NCBI GenBank assembly: GCA_963767925.1
Contig: CAVYGB010000001.1
Location: forward strand, 224,001-288,000
Reading direction: 5' to 3'
DNA length: 64,000 bases
From: an uncultured delta proteobacterium
GTDB lineage: Bacteria; Myxococcota_A; Polyangia; Fen-1088
Each line of letters opens with the position of its first letter. Position 1 is the stretch's first letter. Under the pieces are notes generated by a model, which was not told the DNA's origin, searched no databases, and worked only from the letters and a program-made list of their open reading frames with translations. Shown one piece after another: positions 59,858 to 64,000 of the stretch. The translations under genes were made by a program, and so were the position numbers.

Positions 59858-60418
59858 ATGGGTGAACTTCACGCCACCATGAACGTGACCCTCGACGGAT
59901 GCTGCGAGCACACGCGGGTCATTGCGGACGACGAGTTGCACGCCTGGGCGACCGATCTCGTCAACCGGTCGGCGGCCCTGCTGTTCGGTCGCGTGACCTA
60001 CAACCTGTTCCGGGACTACTGGCCGGCGGTTGCCACCGGGCAGGGACCGGCGGGGGAGATTCGCTTCGGCAGGCTGCTCGAGACCAAGGCGAAATACCTG
60101 GTCTCGCGGCAGGATCCCGCGCCGGGCTGGAACACCTCCCGGGTGGCGTTCGGTCAGAACGGCGAGGCCATCGGGCGGCTCAAGCGCGAGCTCGGCGGTC
60201 CGCTCTTGCTGCTCGGCAGCCCGACGCTGGCCCGCGCCCTGGTGGAGGTCGGCCTCATCGACGAGTACCACCTGGCGATCCAGCCGGTCTTCGCCGGCCA
60301 CGGTCCGACCTTCCTCGCCGGCCTCTCCGCGCCGAAGCAGCCGCGCCTGGTGGACACCAGGCGGCTCCCCTCCGGCGTGGCGATCCACCGCTACCAGCTC
60401 GGCACCGCCAACCGTTAG
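59858..60418 (+). CDS. Dihydrofolate reductase / RibD C-terminal family protein
   Basis: NVTLDGCC, LFGRVTY, GSPTLA…GLIDEY…QPVFAGHGP. Confidence 0.88.
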   Translation: MGELHATMNVTLDGCCEHTRVIADDELHAWATDLVNRSAALLFGRVTYNLFRDYWPAVATGQGPAGEIRFGRLLETKAKYLVSRQDPAPGWNTSRVAFGQNGEAIGRLKRELGGPLLLLGSPTLARALVEVGLIDEYHLAIQPVFAGHGPTFLAGLSAPKQPRLVDTRRLPSGVAIHRYQLGTANR

Positions 60419-60615
60419 CCACGTCGCGGAGCCAGACGCGACGGCGCTGGCACGAACCGACCCGCGCCGCCCGCCCCTGCGCGCCCGATATAGATCGCGA
60501 CCGACCCCGATCACCATGCTAGGTTCTGATTCCGGATACGTCGGTCTCCCTCCTCTGCCTCACGGTTGGCCTCCACCAACCGTCCGAGCCGTTCAGGCAG
60601 ACGGGAAGGGCACGG

Positions 60616-62469
<1,854 letters not shown>

Positions 62470-62558
62470 TCTTTCCGCCGCTGCACCGCTAACCGCCTGC
62501 GCCAACGCCCGCGGAAACAGCCGCCTGCGCCGGCCGAGATTCTTCCAGCTTGGCGCGG

Positions 62559-62574
62559 TGGCGCGGCGTATGCT
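62559..62574 (+). promoter_or_regulatory. Possible sigma-54 (-24/-12) promoter
   Basis: TGGCGCGGCGTATGCT (GG-N10-GC) upstream of ptsI. Confidence 0.35.
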
Positions 62575-62597
62575 TGCCGCGAAAGGGTGGCGTGGAT

Positions 62598-64000
62598 ATG
62601 GATAGGTTCAAGGGAGTGGGCGCCTCGGACGGAATCGTCATCGGTCCCGTCTATCCGCTCGACGCAGCCGTCGCCGTCCGCGAGACGGTGATCGCCGCCG
62701 ACCAGGTCGAGCCGGAGCTGGCTCGCTTCGATCGCGCCCTGGCGGTCGCCGACGGACAGCTCGAGGGGCTGCAGGAGCAGCTGGCCGGGCGCCACGCCGG
62801 GCACGGCCGCCAGGTCCTGGAGGCGCACCGGCTCATGCTCAAGAGCTCGGACCTCCTCGACGAGGTGAAGCGCTTCATCCGCGAGGAACATTTCGGGGCC
62901 GAGTGGGCCGTCCGCCGCACCCTCGACACGATCCGCGCCGTGTTCGCCGACCTCGACAACCTGTACTTTCGCGATCGGGTCAGCGACATCGACGCCATCG
63001 GCGAGCGCCTGCTGCGCTGCCTGCTCGAGCTGCCCGAGCCCCGCCCCGGCGAAGGGGCGCCCGCCGGATCGGTGGCGGTGGGGGTCGATCTGTCGCCCCT
63101 CGATCCGTTCCTGCTCAAGCGCGCCGGGGTGGTGGGCCTGGCCACCGACCGCGGCGGCCGCACCTCACACACCGCGATTCTGGCCCAGGCGCTGGGGCTG
63201 CCCTTCGTCGTCGGTCTCAAGCAGGTATCGGCCCGGGTGCGGGCCGGCGACATCATCCTGGTCGACGGGGGGCGCGGCGAGGTGGTCGTCGATCCCGACG
63301 GGGCGACCCGCCAGTCCTACGAACGGCTGGCCGCGGCCGAGCGGGCCCACCGCCAGGATCTGCGCTCGCTGCGGTCGTTGCCGGCGGTGACCGCCGACGG
63401 CGTGCCGATCCACCTGGCGGCCAACGTCGAGTGCCTGCCCGAGGTGGCCGCCGCCGTCGACGCCGGCGCCGAGTCGATCGGCCTGTTCCGCACCGAGTTC
63501 CTCTACCTCGAGCGGGCCACCCTGCCCGACGAGGAGGAGCAATATCAGGACGCCGTCGCGGTCATCCGCGCCCTCGGCGGCCGACCGGTCACCTTCCGCA
63601 CCCTCGATCTCGGCGCCGACAAGCTCCCCGCCGGGATCGAGCGCCCCCGGGGGGCAAACCCCGCCCTCGGCCTGCGCTCGATCCGCCTCTCCTTCGCCCG
63701 ACGGGACATCTTCCGCACCCAGCTCCGGGCCCTGTTCCGGGCGGCGGCGGTCGGTCCCATGCGGATCTCCTTCCCTCTGATCTCCGGCGTGACCGAGCTG
63801 ATCGAGGCGCAGGCGCTGTGCGACGAGGTCTGCGTCGAGCTGGCCCGCGAGGGCAAGGCTCACGATCGCAACACCCCGGTGGGGATGGTCATCGAGACCC
63901 CCAGCGCGGCGCTGACCGTCGACCACCTGGCGCGCAAGTGCAACTTCTTCAGCGTGGGGACCAACGACCTCATCCAGTACGCCTTCGCCGCCGACCGCCA
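62598..64000 (+). CDS. ptsI: Phosphoenolpyruvate-protein phosphotransferase (PTS enzyme I), runs off the window
   Basis: Absent from the ORF track (no stop in the window). Translated by hand: MDRFKGVGASDG…GGRTSHTAILA…IGLFRTEFLYL…RTLDLGADK…NPALGLRSIR…MVIETP…FSVGTNDLIQY. Confidence 0.93.
   Translation, partial: MDRFKGVGASDGIVIGPVYPLDAAVAVRETVIAADQVEPELARFDRALAVADGQLEGLQEQLAGRHAGHGRQVLEAHRLMLKSSDLLDEVKRFIREEHFGAEWAVRRTLDTIRAVFADLDNLYFRDRVSDIDAIGERLLRCLLELPEPRPGEGAPAGSVAVGVDLSPLDPFLLKRAGVVGLATDRGGRTSHTAILAQALGLPFVVGLKQVSARVRAGDIILVDGGRGEVVVDPDGATRQSYERLAAAERAHRQDLRSLRSLPAVTADGVPIHLAANVECLPEVAAAVDAGAESIGLFRTEFLYLERATLPDEEEQYQDAVAVIRALGGRPVTFRTLDLGADKLPAGIERPRGANPALGLRSIRLSFARRDIFRTQLRALFRAAAVGPMRISFPLISGVTELIEAQALCDEVCVELAREGKAHDRNTPVGMVIETPSAALTVDHLARKCNFFSVGTNDLIQYAFAADR

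Overview
High-GC (~70-75% by eye) bacterial chromosomal segment. It is most likely a myxobacterium (inference from Cys-rich repeat lipoproteins, CotH lipoproteins, an ECF-sigma/extracellular fusion and PKD/Rhs proteins). Intact housekeeping and metabolic genes include phnCDEE, a PPK2-family gene, argS, leuA, ylqF/rbgA, an ftsH paralogue and ptsI. These are interspersed with accessory surface-protein genes, small TA-like pairs, a REP/MITE-like palindromic repeat family, an internally deleted IS5-family element and many gene scraps left by deletions. The best candidate for an undescribed system is a translationally coupled operon at 38379-40326: a TIGR04222-type membrane protein with a Gly/Cys precursor-like tail, a DUF692/MNIO iron oxidase and a small helical partner, preceded by a nucleotidyltransferase gene. 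Other notable items are an FtsH with HQAGH instead of HEAGH, a membrane-anchored ECF sigma fused to ~950 aa of extracellular repeats plus PDZ, two near-identical ECF42-like promoters, a four-box RHH operator and a nested 129-nt palindrome. No rRNA, tRNA or CRISPR array was recognised. All family assignments are from motif recognition by eye, not database searches.
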